From assembly GCF_009914755.1 (NCBI RefSeq), contig NC_060926.1: a DNA stretch of 64,000 nt. One strand, given 5' to 3'. The notes below the pieces were generated by a model. That model saw only the letters and a list, made by a program, of their open reading frames with translations, was not told the DNA's origin and did no database searches. Origin of the DNA: the human T2T-CHM13v2.0 reference genome, Homo sapiens. The position numbers and the translations under genes were made by a program. Positions within the stretch are counted from its first letter, which is position 1; each line of letters starts with the position of its first letter. Positions 42,926-64,000 of this stretch are shown here, piece after piece.

Positions 42926-43578
42926 ACAGTTTGATGTAATATAATACTTTACTCAATTGGATAATTGGAAACAAACTGTAACAGCATAGGGTAGGTCCTG
43001 CCAAGCCTCCTGCTGTTGCTTCCTTTACTCAAATGTCAATGGCAATTTAAAAAAAATAGAGACAGAGTCTCACTATGTTGCCCAGGCTAATCTCAAACTC
43101 CTGGCCTCAAGCAATCCTCCTGCTGGGGCCTCCCAAAGATCTGGAGTTGCAAGCATGAGCACTATGTCTTTCCAGTGGCAATTTTTGAATAAAAAGATTA
43201 ACTACTAATTCTGAGGCAGTGGAGATTGAGGAGAATAAGAAAGATGGCCAGCACTGCTTGCTTCTCTGGCTGTCCATTGTATACATTTTGCCTTAAAGGA
43301 CATTGGGCTCAGTTTACTGATCAGTAGTTTAAAGTGCCCTTCTTTCAACCCCATAGAAAGTGCTGGTTTACACAGCCAGCTGATCAGTATCTGAGAAAGT
43401 CTAGCACCCTAAGAAATATTTAAACGACTCACAAGCTCAGACAGGAGACAACCCACTTTTCTGCAAATACACGAGAGCAGTGGACTCAAAAGTGAGGTGC
43501 TCAGAAGGAAATATCACTGACCAAGAAGGAATGTTGGTACTACCATGTTTGTATATCTTTTTCATCTCACCCTTTAAA

Positions 43579-43668
43579 ATGTAGAGCTTTGTGTGATAGG
43601 TTTATATGTATTTGATATACTAGATGTAGAGTTTTGTGTGATAGGTTTATATGTATTTGATACGCTAG
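43579..43668. repeat. 45-bp tandem duplication
   Basis: ATGTAGAG(C/T)TTTGTGTGATAGGTTTATATGTATTTGATA..CTAG twice, 3 mismatches. Confidence 0.9.
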
Positions 43669-44456
43669 TACTATGTAATACATGTATTAGACTTTATTCA
43701 TTAATAGACATATATTTGAAAGGCATGCTTGGAAATTGTTTATTAATGTGTGTGCAAAACTAAAAAAGCTTGGAGTCTACCTACCTAGAGGAAGGTCAAC
43801 ATTAATGAAGATGCTGATCACAAAAGCCCACACTTGAATTCCTATGATCCAAAAGATAAACTGAATTGCCTGGGTCATGGTACAGGGAAAGGAGAACCTA
43901 CCAGAAGCAAGGTACAATTAAACCTCTCCTGCTTTTCTTGTTACCAGTGAGGATGACATCTTGTGAGACTGCCTCAGAAACAAGTGGATTGTCACAAGCC
44001 CTAAACAGCCCTCTCATTTCCTGAGCAGCCCCAGGCTGTGGCCCCTGGGATTCAGAGAGACCAGCTCTCCTTCCCAAAGTGATGTGCTTTTGCTGATCAA
44101 GAGAGCAAAATGGCAAAAGACAATAGAAAGTCCAACATGCCTGCATGGGTTGCAAGAAAAAAAAAGTTCAACATCATTTGTCCTACAAGAAATCTGCATT
44201 AAAACTGTAATGCCCTATTCTTCAACCAGCAATTACATAGATTTAAACGAATCAGTAGTTGGTCAGGGTAGAAAAACAGATATTCCTGGTAGAGTGGAAA
44301 ATGGCCAAACCTTTCTGCAGGCAATTTGAAAATACCAACCAAGGGTTCAAAAAATAAACAGATCCACCTACTTAGCAATTTCTCCTCCGAGGATTTTTCA
44401 AAAGGAAATAATTGAATTTGTGAATAAAGATTTAAATACATAAAAGCTTGTTATTC

Positions 44457-45286
<830 letters not shown>

Positions 45287-45466
45287 TGAGAGGCAGTAAG
45301 TCACATCTAAGGAACTCTAGCCAACTGAAAATAAGTTATTTATCTAGTATTAAAAAGCATCTTCAGTGTAATCAATTAAAAATTTCCTAAGAAAAATGGG
45401 CTTGCTCATACATTGTTGGTATGAGGATATATTGTTATAAACGTTTGAGAAGGCAATTGACAATAG

Positions 45467-45778
<312 letters not shown>

Positions 45779-46594
45779 TAATGTCACTGCCATAACCTAG
45801 CAGTTCCACTTAAAGAGTACACCTATAGGAGTACTTATGCCTGTAATAAAAATTTTGAATAAGGCAATCAAATTAACCACATATGCATAATGGGAATCCC
45901 ACAGAGGGAGGAGAAAAAAAAGAGGCAAAAATAATATTTGAAGAAACAATTGCCAAAACCTTTCCAAATTTAACGGAAAATATTAATTTACACATCCTAG
46001 AAACCCAATAAACTCCAAGTGGGATAAACTCAAAGATATCCACACTGAAACACATTATAGTAAAGTTAGCAAATTATCTCAAGACAATGAGAGAATCTTG
46101 AGAACAGCAAGAGAAAAATGACATATAATGTACAAGGGATCCTCAAATAGATTAACAGCTTACTTTTCATCTGAAACTGTAGGGGCCAAAAGTCAGTAGA
46201 ATGACATATTCAAAGTGCTGAAACAAAGACCATCACACAAGAATTCTACATCCAGCAAAATATCCTTCAAAAATTGAGACATTAAGACATTCAAATAAAC
46301 AAAGATACACAAAAACTGAAAAAATTCATCTCTAGTAGACCTGCCCTGTAAGAAATACTAAAGGGAATCCTTTAGCTACCTGAAAGAACACTAGACAGTA
46401 ATTGAATCCAAGAAATAAAGAGCACCAGTAAAGGTAAAAATAAAACTGCAAAGGTAAATATAAATAACATTATAAATGGGTTTCTGTTTGTGTCTGTAAC
46501 TCTTTTCCTACCTAATTTAAAAGACAAGGGCAGCCAGGCATGGTGGCTCACACCTGTAATCCCAGTACTTTGGGAGGCTAAGGCGGGCAGATCA

Positions 46595-46903
<309 letters not shown>

Positions 46904-47138
46904 CTATAATACAAAGAACAAATGAGGATGGGGGAAACAGATATATTGTTACAAAGTTTCTGTATACCATAGAAATGAAGCTAATATTAATCCAAACTAG
47001 ATTGTTTTAAGATGCTAATTGTAATCCCCAGAGCAATCACTAAAAAAAGAAATAACTAAAACATACATAGTAAAAGGCCGAGAGCAGTGGCTCATGCCTG
47101 TAATCCCAGCACTTTGGGAGGCTGAGGTGGGTGGATCA

Positions 47139-48156
<1,018 letters not shown>

Positions 48157-48593
48157 TCAAAAAAAAAAAAAAAAAAAGGAAAGAAAAGAAAAAACAAAGA
48201 AAAGAAAAAAGAAAAACAAATAGCAAACTTAGAAAAAAAAGATAACAAACATAGAAAAAATAAATGAAACAGAATAGAAAACCAACAGAGAAAATCAATG
48301 AAGCGAGAAATTGCTCTTTGAAAAGATCAACAAAATTAACAAACAGTTGGCTAGACTGACCAAGAAAAAAAGAAAGAAGACCCAAATGAAAAAGGGAATA
48401 TCACCACCAACCTTACAGAAATAAAAATAATTACAAGGGTCCACAAACAGATCTTGAAAGAAAATGATAATAATTACAGGGGAATACTATGAGCAACTGT
48501 ATGCCAACAAACTTGATAACTTAGATAAAATGAACAAATTCCTAGAAAGACACAAACTACTGGCTTAAGAAATAGGAAATCTGAATAGGCCTA

Positions 48594-48872
<279 letters not shown>

Positions 48873-50151
48873 TCAGCAATTTTAAAACTTTTCACAAAGA
48901 AAAGCCTAGGCCCAGATGACTTCACTGGTGAATTCCACCAAAATTCTTCTTTAAAGAAGAATTAATACCAACGATTCACAAACTTCCAAAAACTAGAACA
49001 GGAGGAAATGCTTCCCAATTCATTTTGTGAGGCCAGTATTGCCCTAATACCAAAACCAGACAAAGACATTTTAAGGATTATACACCATGATGAAGTGGGA
49101 TTTATCACAGGAATGCGCGGTTGATTTAACATCCAAAAATCAATCGAAATAGTATGCCATATTAATAGAATAAAGGACTGAAACCACATAATTCTCTCAA
49201 CACACGTAGAAAAAGCATTTGACAAAATGCAACACCCTTCTGTGATTAAAAAAAATACACAACAAACTAGAAGCAGAAGTGAATTTCTTCACCTGATATG
49301 GGGCAGCTATGAAACACCCACAGCTAACACTATACTTAATAGTCAAAGACTGAATGCATTCCTCCTTAGAGTGAAAGGATGTTTGATCTCACTACTTCTG
49401 TTTCATATTGTAGTAAAGTTTCCAGTCAGAGCAAGAAAAAGAAATAAAAGGCATCCAAATTCAGGAAGAAAAAGTAAAGCTATCTCTATTTTCCGATGAC
49501 ATGTTCTTGTACATAGAATATCCTTAGAAATCCACACCAAACAAAATAAGACAAAAGCTATTAGAACTAATGACAAGTTTAGCAAGGCTGCAGGATAGTA
49601 GGTCAATATACAAAAGTCAATTATATTTTTATATACTAGTGACGTACAATCCAAAATGAAATTAAGAAAACAATTCTAGTTACAATTGCATCAAAAAGAA
49701 TAAAACACTTCTGGATAAATTTAATAAAAGTGCAAAATTTGTACACTGAAAGCTAACAAGTATTGTTGAAAGGGATTAAAGACCTAATAAATGGAAAGCT
49801 ATTCCATGTTTGTGGATCACAATACACTATTATTAAGATGATAATACCCTCAAATTGATCTACAGATTCAGTGCAATACCTATCAAAAATTCCAGCTAGA
49901 CTTTTTGGAGAAATTGGCAAGTTAATTCTAAAATTCAGAAGAAAATGCAAGAGACCTAGAATAGCCAAACCAATCTTGAAAAAGAAAGTTGGAGGATTCA
50001 CACTTCTCAATATCAAAACTTACTACAAAGCTCTAGTAACCGAGGCTGTGTGGAACTGACATAAAGAGAGACATGTAGACCAACAGAATAGAATTGGAAG
50101 TCCAGAAATAAACCTTTACATTTATGGTAAACTGAGCATCAGCAAGGGTGC

Positions 50152-50557
50152 TGATATGGTTTGTATCTGTGTCCCCACCAAATCTCATGTTGAAATGGAA
50201 TCCCCAGGGTTGTGGGTGGGGCCTGGTGGGAGATGATTGGATCATGGAAGGAGATTTTTCATGAATGGTTTAGTGCCATTCCCTTGGAGATGAATAAGTT
50301 CACGTGAGATCAGATTGTTTAAAAGTGTGGCATTTCCCATTCTCTCTCTTGCTCCTGCTCTCACCATGTGATGTGCCTGCTCCCCCTTCACCTTCCACCA
50401 TGATTGTAAGGCTCCTGAAGCCCTCACCAGAAGTTGAGCAGATGCTGGTGCCCTGCTTGTACAGCCTGCAGAATTGTGTGCCAATGAAACCTCTTCCTTT
50501 TGTAAATTACCTAGTCTCAAGCATTTCTTTATAGCAACTCAAAAAGGGCCTAACACA
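50152..50557 (+). mobile_element. MaLR solo LTR (MSTA/MSTB) inside the L1
   Basis: TGATATGGTTTG...CTAACACA with 5-bp TSD GGTGC at 50147-50151 and 50558-50562. Confidence 0.9.
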
Positions 50558-50985
50558 GGTGCCAAGAGAATTCAATGGGGAAATAACAGTCTTTTTAGAA
50601 AATAGGGATGAGACAACTGGTATCCACATGCAAAAGAATGAAGTCAGACCCTTACCTCTCACACCATACAAAAAGATTGACTCAAAATGGATCAAAGACC
50701 AAAACATAAGAGCTAAAATTATAAAATTCTTTGAAGGAAACACAAGAGTAAATCTTCATGGCCTTGGACTAGGCAATGCCTTTTAAGATGTAACACCCAA
50801 AGCACAAGTGACAAAAGAAAACATGGAAAATTGGACTTCATCAAAATTAAAATATTTGTGCTTCAAAGGAAAGCATCAAGCAAGTTAAAAGACAATCAGA
50901 AGGAGGAAATATTTACAAGTCATTTGTCTGATAAGGGAATTGCACCCAGAATACATAAAGAACACTTACAGCTCAAAACACTTAA

Positions 50986-51302
<317 letters not shown>

Positions 51303-52114
51303 TGAACTCCTGACCTCGTGATCCACCCACCTCAGCCTCCCAAAGTTCTGGGATTACAGGCATGAGCCACCATGCCCAGTCAATGCTCAATATTATTAAT
51401 TCACAGAGATTGCAAATCAAAAACATAATATGATGCCACTTCATACCTGCTAGGATGGCTATAATCAAAAAGACAGATAATAATAAGTGTTGGAGAGGAT
51501 GTAGAGAAACTGGAATCCTAATAAGTTGCTAATGGGAATGTAAATGGTGCAGCCACATTGGAAAATAGTTTGGCAGTTCCTCAAAATGTTATAGATAGAG
51601 TTATGATATGACCTACTATTCTATGCCTAGATATATTACCAAGAGAAATGAAAATATATGTCCACACAAAACCACATACACAAATTTCATGGTACCATTA
51701 ACAATAGTAACAAAAGGTAGAAACAACCCAAATGTCCATCAAATGGTGAATGGATAAACAAAATATGGTATATCCATATAATGAACTATTATTCAGCAAT
51801 AAAAAGAATGAAGTACTGTATTTGTTACACCATGGATAAACCTTGAAAACATTATGCTCAGTGAAAGAAGTCAGTCACAAAAGACCATATTTATGTATGT
51901 ATGTGTGGCTACATGTATTGTATGATGATATTTATGTGAAATATCGAGAAGAAGCAAATCTATAGAGACAGAAAAAATAATGGTGGTTAATTAGGGTTGT
52001 GGGGTGGAGAATGGAGATTCATCGCTAATGGGTACAGGATTTCTTTTTTGGTTGATGATGTTGTACAACTCTAAGCATACTAAAAGTACTCTTTTGTACA
52101 CTTTAACTGGGTGA

Positions 52115-52792
<678 letters not shown>

Positions 52793-53958
52793 TAAGTTGA
52801 TTTTTATGACTATGAATGGGTCCCCCAAAACAGGTCTAAATCATAATTAGTCTACTTGCTATGAGAAATTATGTGTTTGGCTTTTTGTTTAAGGAAAAAG
52901 CAAAAAAAAAAAATTGGAAAAATTCTCAAAAATGAATGTTCATCAGCATTTTTATGGGAAACAATCTGATGGAACAGGAGGCCAGCCAGGTAAATCATAC
53001 AATCCAAGCAGAAAGAAATCATGGGAACATGTCTCTGAATGGAGAGAGAAAAGTGGCTCCACAGGGAGCTTGCTTATTGAGATGTAGGACAAATAAAGTG
53101 GGTGAAAGAGGTTAAAAAAAAGAAGCACTCTGAGAGGAGATTGAAGTGTAACTTTAATACACAAAAGAAAAGCTGTATTCCACACTTCTGATCACCTCCC
53201 CTTTCTTACTCTTCAGGCTTTAAATTCTGACTTTCTAATACCTCATTCGATCATATTGAATTAGCCTGAAGTTTGATTTGGAGGGCTGGTGACCCAGTCT
53301 CATTTTGGCCTGATGACATTTTGGGCTTGGGACTATCTCCCTTTTTTAGTACTTAGCTCAACTGCAGAAATAATACCAGCAATAATAATATCATCCCCTT
53401 ACCATGCAACTCTAATTGAAATGTGAATGGATGTGCTATTGGCCAAGGGCCCCTGTCCACTAATTATGTATCATCTGAAAATCTGACCCAAGTATCTGGC
53501 AATCAAAGAGGGATAGCTTTCATCCTGCTGTTACCTGTTCACAGTTATGCCATCTGGCTCTTATACCCAGAAGAAAACTTGGCATCCGTATTCAACCAGA
53601 ATGACCGTCAATTCTCAAAACATCTTATTTTCTCTTTGCCAAGAACCAAGTGACAACTGATCTCAAAGTGTAAGCACTTAACCTATAAAACAAATGACTT
53701 GGGGGAAGAGGCATTTTTCTCAATGAAAAATAGGGTTGAGAGAGTATTTTTGTGTCATCAGACATCTCAAACTATGTTTTAATAGTATAACCTAATTTAT
53801 ATTTCCTTTGTGTTTGTCTCTGATTTTTCAGTTCATTTTAATAAATACTTTTTGAGCACCTGCCATATGAAATGAAATGAGCCAAGCACTAAAAGGATAC
53901 CAAGTTGTAATAGTCAAGGAAATGGCTCTAGCTCTGTAGGAATAAAACATCAGATTTC

Positions 53959-54400
53959 AGGCCGGGCACGGTGGCTCATGCCTGTAATCCCAGCACTCTG
54001 GGAGGCCGAGGAGGGCAGATCACCTGAGGTCGGGAGTTCGAGATCAGCCTGACCAACATGGAGAAACCCTGTCTCTATTAAAAATACAAAATTAGGCCGG
54101 GCACGGTGGCTCACGCCTGTAATCCCAGCACTTTGGGAGGCCGAGGTGGGCAGATCACGAGTTCAGGAGATTGAGACCATCCTGGCTAACACGGTGAAAC
54201 CCCGTCTCTACTAAAAATACAAAAAAAAAAAAAATTAGCAGGGCATGGTGGCAGGCACCTGTAGTCCCAGCTACTCAGGAGGCTGAGGCAGGAGAATGGC
54301 GTGAACCCAGGAGGCGGAGCTTGCAGTGAGCCGAGATAGCGCCACTGCACCCCAGCCTGGGCGACAAAGCAAGACTCCAACTCCAAAAACAAACAAACAA
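53959..54400 (+). mobile_element. Alu left arm (53959-54093) followed directly by a full AluY (54095-54400)
   Basis: Alu motifs; right arm of the first element is missing. Confidence 0.9.
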
Positions 54401-56819
<2,419 letters not shown>

Positions 56820-56822
56820 TTA

Positions 56823-57110
56823 CTTTTACCATGTTAAACTCCTGAGAGCAAGATGGGTCACCAAGAACTGTACTGGAGCCACCCGCGAAAATTTGGCCGC
56901 GGTTCTCGCTCTTGTCGCGTCTGCTCAAACCAGCACGGTCTGATCCGGAAATACGGCCTCAATAAGTGCAGCCAGTGTTTCCGTCAGTATGTGAAGGATA
57001 TCGGTTTCATTAAGTTGAACTAAATGATCTTCCTTCAAAGGATAATCCAAGGCATCTACCCAATGAAAAACCATGATGCTTTTTTGTACATAAAATAAAC
57101 ATTTATTTTT
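56823..57110 (+). pseudogene. RPS29: Processed RPS29 (uS14) retrocopy; ORF 56853-57023 uninterrupted
   Basis: Intronless; 5' pyrimidine start CTTTTACC; translates [56 protein letters not shown]; 3' UTR with AATAAA at 57094-57099. The symbol is that of the parent gene. Confidence 0.95.
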
Positions 57111-57405
57111 AAAAAATCTTTAATTAAAAAAAAAGAGAAAAGAAACTTCATCAGAGTAGAAAAGAGTTCATAGAAGAGGTGTATCATGGAGGAAGTAGCA
57201 TTTGAAATGATCCTTGACAGAACTGCCAGACAGCCTTAGTAAGAGCAGCATTCCAGAAGGAGCAATGAGCACTAATAAAGCAATAGTGGTGGAGAGAGAA
57301 TGTTGAGTAACTAGTTTTCCTCACAAAGTTTTGCATAGGGGAGAGATTAAGCTTTAAACGTGGGTTAGATCCCTGCTGTCTAAGGCCTTCGATGTCAGGG
57401 AGAGG

Positions 57406-57919
57406 TTTTTTTGTTTTGTTTTGTTTTTTGTTTTGTTTTTTTTGACACGGAGTCTTGCTCTGTCGCCCAGGCTGGAGTGCAGTGGTGCGATCTCGGCTCA
57501 CTGCAAGCTCCGCCTCCTGGGTTCACGCCATTCTCCTGCCTCAGCCTCCTGAGTAGCTGGGACTACACAGGGAAAGAGTTTTAATTCCATTCCTCCATTA
57601 TCATAATCATCATGCTTTTTCCTTTTTTTGGAGACGGAGTCTCACTCTGTCACCCAGGTTGGAGTGCAGTGGCACGATCTCGGCTCACTGAACCTCCGCC
57701 TTTTGGGTTCAAGCAATTCTCCTGCCTCAGCCTCCCGAGTAGCTGGGACTACAGGCGCATGCCACCATACCCAGCTAATTTTTTATTTTTAGTAGAGACA
57801 AGGTTTCACCGTGTTGGCCAGGCTGGGCCTGGAGTTCTCGAACTCCTGACCTCAGGTGATTCACCTGCCTCGGCCTCCCAAAGTGCTGGGATTACAGGTG
57901 TGAGCCACCATGTCCAGCC
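57406..57919 (-). mobile_element. AluY right arm (57406-57567) and AluS (57617-57919)
   Basis: Alu motifs; the second has TSD ATCATCATGC. Confidence 0.9.
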
Positions 57920-58956
57920 AGATCATCATGCATTTTTAACGTAAAGGCCCAAGAACAATTACACCATTAATTGTTGACAAGTAATGGCCCCAGACCAGAA
58001 AATACATTCAGTCAGAAAAGACTTCATTTTGCAGAGGGCAACACTAATGACAGCATCAAATTGCATTCATGGGCTATAACAGAGTCCAGAATTTTGCATT
58101 TGTTCCCATGTGTCTTAATGTTTATTAAATCCAATCCAAACATTTCCACTACACTCTTGCTCTACTTCTCCCCAGATTGTCTCATGTATTTATCTAGAGA
58201 TCCCAGCGGTAGCCTTACACACCAACATCACAAACCATCTGTGCCTCCTCTCAGGTATGGAAAGGGAATCCTATCAGGCCTGGGAACTCTAAATACCAAA
58301 ACCAAACACTGTATATTCCACAAATATGATTTCCTTTTCCTTCAGCAGACAGTGCAGTCACAGTATGAAGGTCAACAGTGGTGTACGATCCATACTAGGA
58401 ATTTTACAGGCATAAATATTTATTTTTAAAATTTTAGGTGCAAAGTAACAGGAGGAGTACATACAGCAGCATTGGGACACCTTAGGAAGGTAGTAATTAA
58501 ACTTTTTCTGAAGTTGCTCTGTAATTCTAGCATTCTGGGAATTATGCCTTTCATGTGTATTCCTCCAAATCAGTTGAGGTTCCAAAATATACCCAAGTAG
58601 AGTATTTGAGAAATTCTAGTTGCAGGTGGGATCTGACTGCTTTGCATTGTGCTATATACATCAATCTATTAATATTAGTTGTTCCCTTTTTGGAACACAG
58701 TAGGAAATAAACAGACAAATTAGCAAATAGCTTACAAGAGAGATGGTGGCTTCATGTCTTCTACAGAAGTCTTACTTGAGGCTCTACAACTTGCCTTTAC
58801 TTATTCTTATTCTTTTGATTCTATTTAATATAATTCAGTCTTACAAAACTGTTTTTAAGCCATGCATGATATAAACTAGAACTTAGATATCTCGACTTCT
58901 TAATATTATATGCTTAATTTTATGTGCTCCATAAAATAATTATAAGGAAGCAATAA

Positions 58957-59260
<304 letters not shown>

Positions 59261-59683
59261 AGGAAGCAATAATTTTCATAACAACTGATATTTATTTTTT
59301 ATAAGTTCACATTCACAACCATTTTCCCACTATCGAATTAGCAAAAATTTAAAAAACATTGTTGGTGAGACTATCATGAGATAAACATTTTCATTCACTG
59401 ATGCTGTGAATTTAAATCAGAACAAACTTTCTCAAAAACAATTTGGCAAAAATGTATCAAGAATTTAAAACATCTATTCCATTTGTCTCAATTATATACA
59501 TATGCACAAACAGAGCTAAAAGAAATGCCCCACCCCTTGCCAAGTCAAGGTGTTAATGATAGTTATTTCTTGGTGATGGGATAATAGGTAGTTTTTATTT
59601 TGGAATTATATTTAAAAATTTTATAACCAGTGAGAAAGTATTACTCACTGATTATAGCTATTTTAATCACTGAAGAATATTTA

Positions 59684-59998
<315 letters not shown>

Positions 59999-60444
59999 TT
60001 ATGGAGAATTTTAATAAAACAAAATATTCACAATATGTAGTAAAAAACACTATATTTTATAAAGAATATAATAGCAACTAATTTTGTATGTATATAACTG
60101 TGTATATGTATAAATATATGATCATTCACCTAATAAATACATCTGCTTAGCAAGGCCTAAAATGAGGAACAAGCAAATCAAATCTAAAACCAAGTTAGCA
60201 TTTTTGGAATATGTATTATGTGTTATTTTTAATTTCTGGTTTTATTTAGTTTTTCATTTTTTTAACACTGAGCTTGTATTGCTTTAATATTTAAAAAAAT
60301 ACTATTACACAATCAATTAGAAAAAAATCTCTGCCGAGCATGATTATATCATACATGTGTTCACTGCACTGTTGCAGATCCCTCACTGCACTGTTACAGA
60401 TCCCATCAAGTTGTCAGCTTCCTCATTATAAAGTAAGGGGATTT

Positions 60445-60960
60445 GGCCAGGTGCAGTGGCTCACGCCTGTAATCCCAGACTTTGGGAGGCTGAGGTGGAT
60501 CGCCTGAGGTCAGGAGTTTGAGACCAGCCTGGCCAACATAGTGAACACCACCCCCGCCCCACAGCCTGTCTCTACTAAAAATACAAAAGTTAGTGTAGTG
60601 GCAGGTGCCTGTCTCTACTAAAATTAGTGTAGTAGCAGGTGCCCCATCTCTACTAAAAATTCAAAAATTAGTGTAGTGGCAGGTGCCTGCAATCCCAGCT
60701 ACTCAGAAGGCTGAGGAGAATTGCTTGAACCCCGGAGGCGGAGGTTGCAGTGAGCTGAGATCGCACCATTGCACCAGCCTGGGTGACAAGAATGAAACTT
60801 TGTCTAGTCCCAGCTACTCAGAAGGCTGAGGCATGAGAATTGCTTGAACCCAGGAGGTGGAGGTTGCAGTGAGCCGAGATCGCATCACTGGACTCCAGCC
60901 TGGGCGACAGAGTGAGACTCTGTCTCAAAAATAAATAAATAAATAAAAATAATATTATAT
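60445..60960 (+). mobile_element. Internally amplified AluS
   Basis: Linker region triplicated and right arm duplicated; flanking TAAGGGGATT on both sides. Confidence 0.88.
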
Positions 60961-61064
60961 AATATAATAAGGGGATTATATTTGGTGTTCTCTAAGACAC
61001 CTTCCAGCTCTAAAATCCTCTAAGTCCATGAACCATACAGCAGACATCTAGTAAATAGTTATTA

Positions 61065-61478
<414 letters not shown>

Positions 61479-62035
61479 TCACTTTCCTCATTTGAGCAGT
61501 GGGGATAATAACACCTCTCTCAAAAGACTGAAAAGGAACTGAAATGTAATCAGTCTGCAGGCCTTGTGTGTTGGCTTGCATGGAGTAGATGCTTCATACA
61601 TGATAGTTTTCTCCTCAATAATCCAAGGCTTGATCTGTCAGATTGCACTGAACCATCAGTTTGCAATCCCTGGATCTAAGCTCCCCTTTTGGCCCCCCAC
61701 ATCTGGAAGTGGAAGGGTCCCATTTGTGAGGACTAAGTGATATTTAGCTTTGGGATGTTGAGACGGGGTTCCGGAGAGATGTGCGTGCAGCAGCCAGAGC
61801 AGCCAGGGCAAGTCCTCTGATCCCGAGCACAGAGAACAAGGCAGCAGGGTCAGCCGGGGCAGGGGTGGAGGAGAAGCTTGGTCCTGTGTCTTCCTTCGCG
61901 CCTGCTTGTCCACCCACCCACCAAACTTTCTTCATCCTCCCCTCCCTTCCTTCAGAAGACATCAACGATGCAGATTACCTGGCAGTCCCCGTGCTGGGTA
62001 ACAGAGTTTGAAAACTGAATACGATATTGGCTCTG

Positions 62036-62705
<670 letters not shown>

Positions 62706-63445
62706 TCACAAGCCTGCCCACATGATCAGCCCTGCACACCAGTGAGGTCCACAGGAAGGAGGACTCAGATCTGTTGGAGGGGGCTGGTGGGCTATGGGAC
62801 ATGGTGAGAGACGGCTTCCCAAAGGCGATCCCCTCAATGTCATTTTTCTTTCTAACGGAAGTGGATTTTGCCCTAGGGATCAAGATGTGCTTGAGGTGGG
62901 GAGGGGAACACCCCATCAGGAACTCCCAGTGGAGATGTGAATAGTCCGGCTCCTCCATGACGGAACCTTGGGGAACTCCTCTCACCAGAGAGAAGGGTGT
63001 GACGAAAGGGGGTTTAAGACCATATCCCGAGGAGCGTGAATCACAGTTACAAAGTAGAAACAGTCTGGTGAAGGCAATGGGCCATTCCCTGAAGTAGTTT
63101 AAAGTTCGGAGGGACACAAACACACCTGTATTTTACGGAGCAAACTCAGAGGAAGGTGCTTCACAGTTTGGCGGTGGGACAGACTGGAGCCTAGGAGGCC
63201 AGCTGCAGGGCCAGGCATCCAGCATGGGGTGATGAGGTGGGTCAGGCTCAGGGAGAAGCAGGAAGGAGAAGCGACAGCACGCAGGAATGCAGGGGTGGCT
63301 GGGAGCTGCTGTCGCCATTCCTGAGGTGTGTAGCCGTGGACATTGCCTGGCTGAGTAACTCTGGGCATTGTTTAGCTTAGTTTGTTGCTGATACTGCCTG
63401 GAGAGATCATATGGTCACTAGCTTGTTTCCCATTGTTGTGTGTGA

Positions 63446-63841
<396 letters not shown>

Positions 63842-63957
63842 TGAGACCTTTTTTAGTCTCCATATTTGAGAAAAAACATAGTAATAAATGCTTTTTTTGT
63901 CCAAACACACTAACGTGTGACTTCTGGAGAGTGACTGAAATTCAGATACTGGAAGTC

Positions 63958-64000
63958 TACTATGGTTTGAAGGTTTGTGTTCCCTCTAAATCTCATGTTT
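63958..64000 (+). mobile_element. Start of a MaLR LTR (cut by the window edge)
   Basis: 'tactatggtttgaaggtttgtgttccctctaaatctcatgtt' matches an MST/MLT1 5' end. Confidence 0.65.

Noticed and set aside
57971-58429. 152-aa ORF in unique sequence
   Set aside because: TTG start, no recognisable domain or exon structure; length compatible with chance.

Overview
Human (or very closely related primate) genomic DNA, recognisable as the CREB1-METTL21A locus (2q33.3, from recall). Positions 1 to ~6-8 kb are an AT-rich non-coding stretch that I recognise as the long CREB1 3' UTR (+ strand). The complete coding sequence of METTL21A (218-aa Hsp70 lysine methyltransferase) lies on the - strand in three exons (26442-26296, 23984-23873, 15510-15113) with a CpG-island promoter at ~26.8-28.4 kb. 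A full-length young SVA (probably SVA_E) with a 13-bp target-site duplication (TSD) sits between the two convergent genes. The remaining ~35 kb is intergenic and very repeat-dense: many Alus, two fragmented old L1s, MaLR LTRs and DNA transposon fossils. It also holds a full-length RPS29 retrocopy whose 56-codon ORF is uninterrupted and is missed by the ORF track. I do not see a novel multi-gene system. The most unusual structures are (i) a ~270-bp inverted, microhomology-flanked copy of nearby intron sequence inserted into and splitting an AluJ in METTL21A intron 3, (ii) the intact RPS29 retro-ORF in a nested L1/Alu site, (iii) an inverted AT-rich minisatellite, and (iv) repeated reuse of retrotransposon target sites. 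Repeat boundaries and subfamily names were judged by eye and are approximate.
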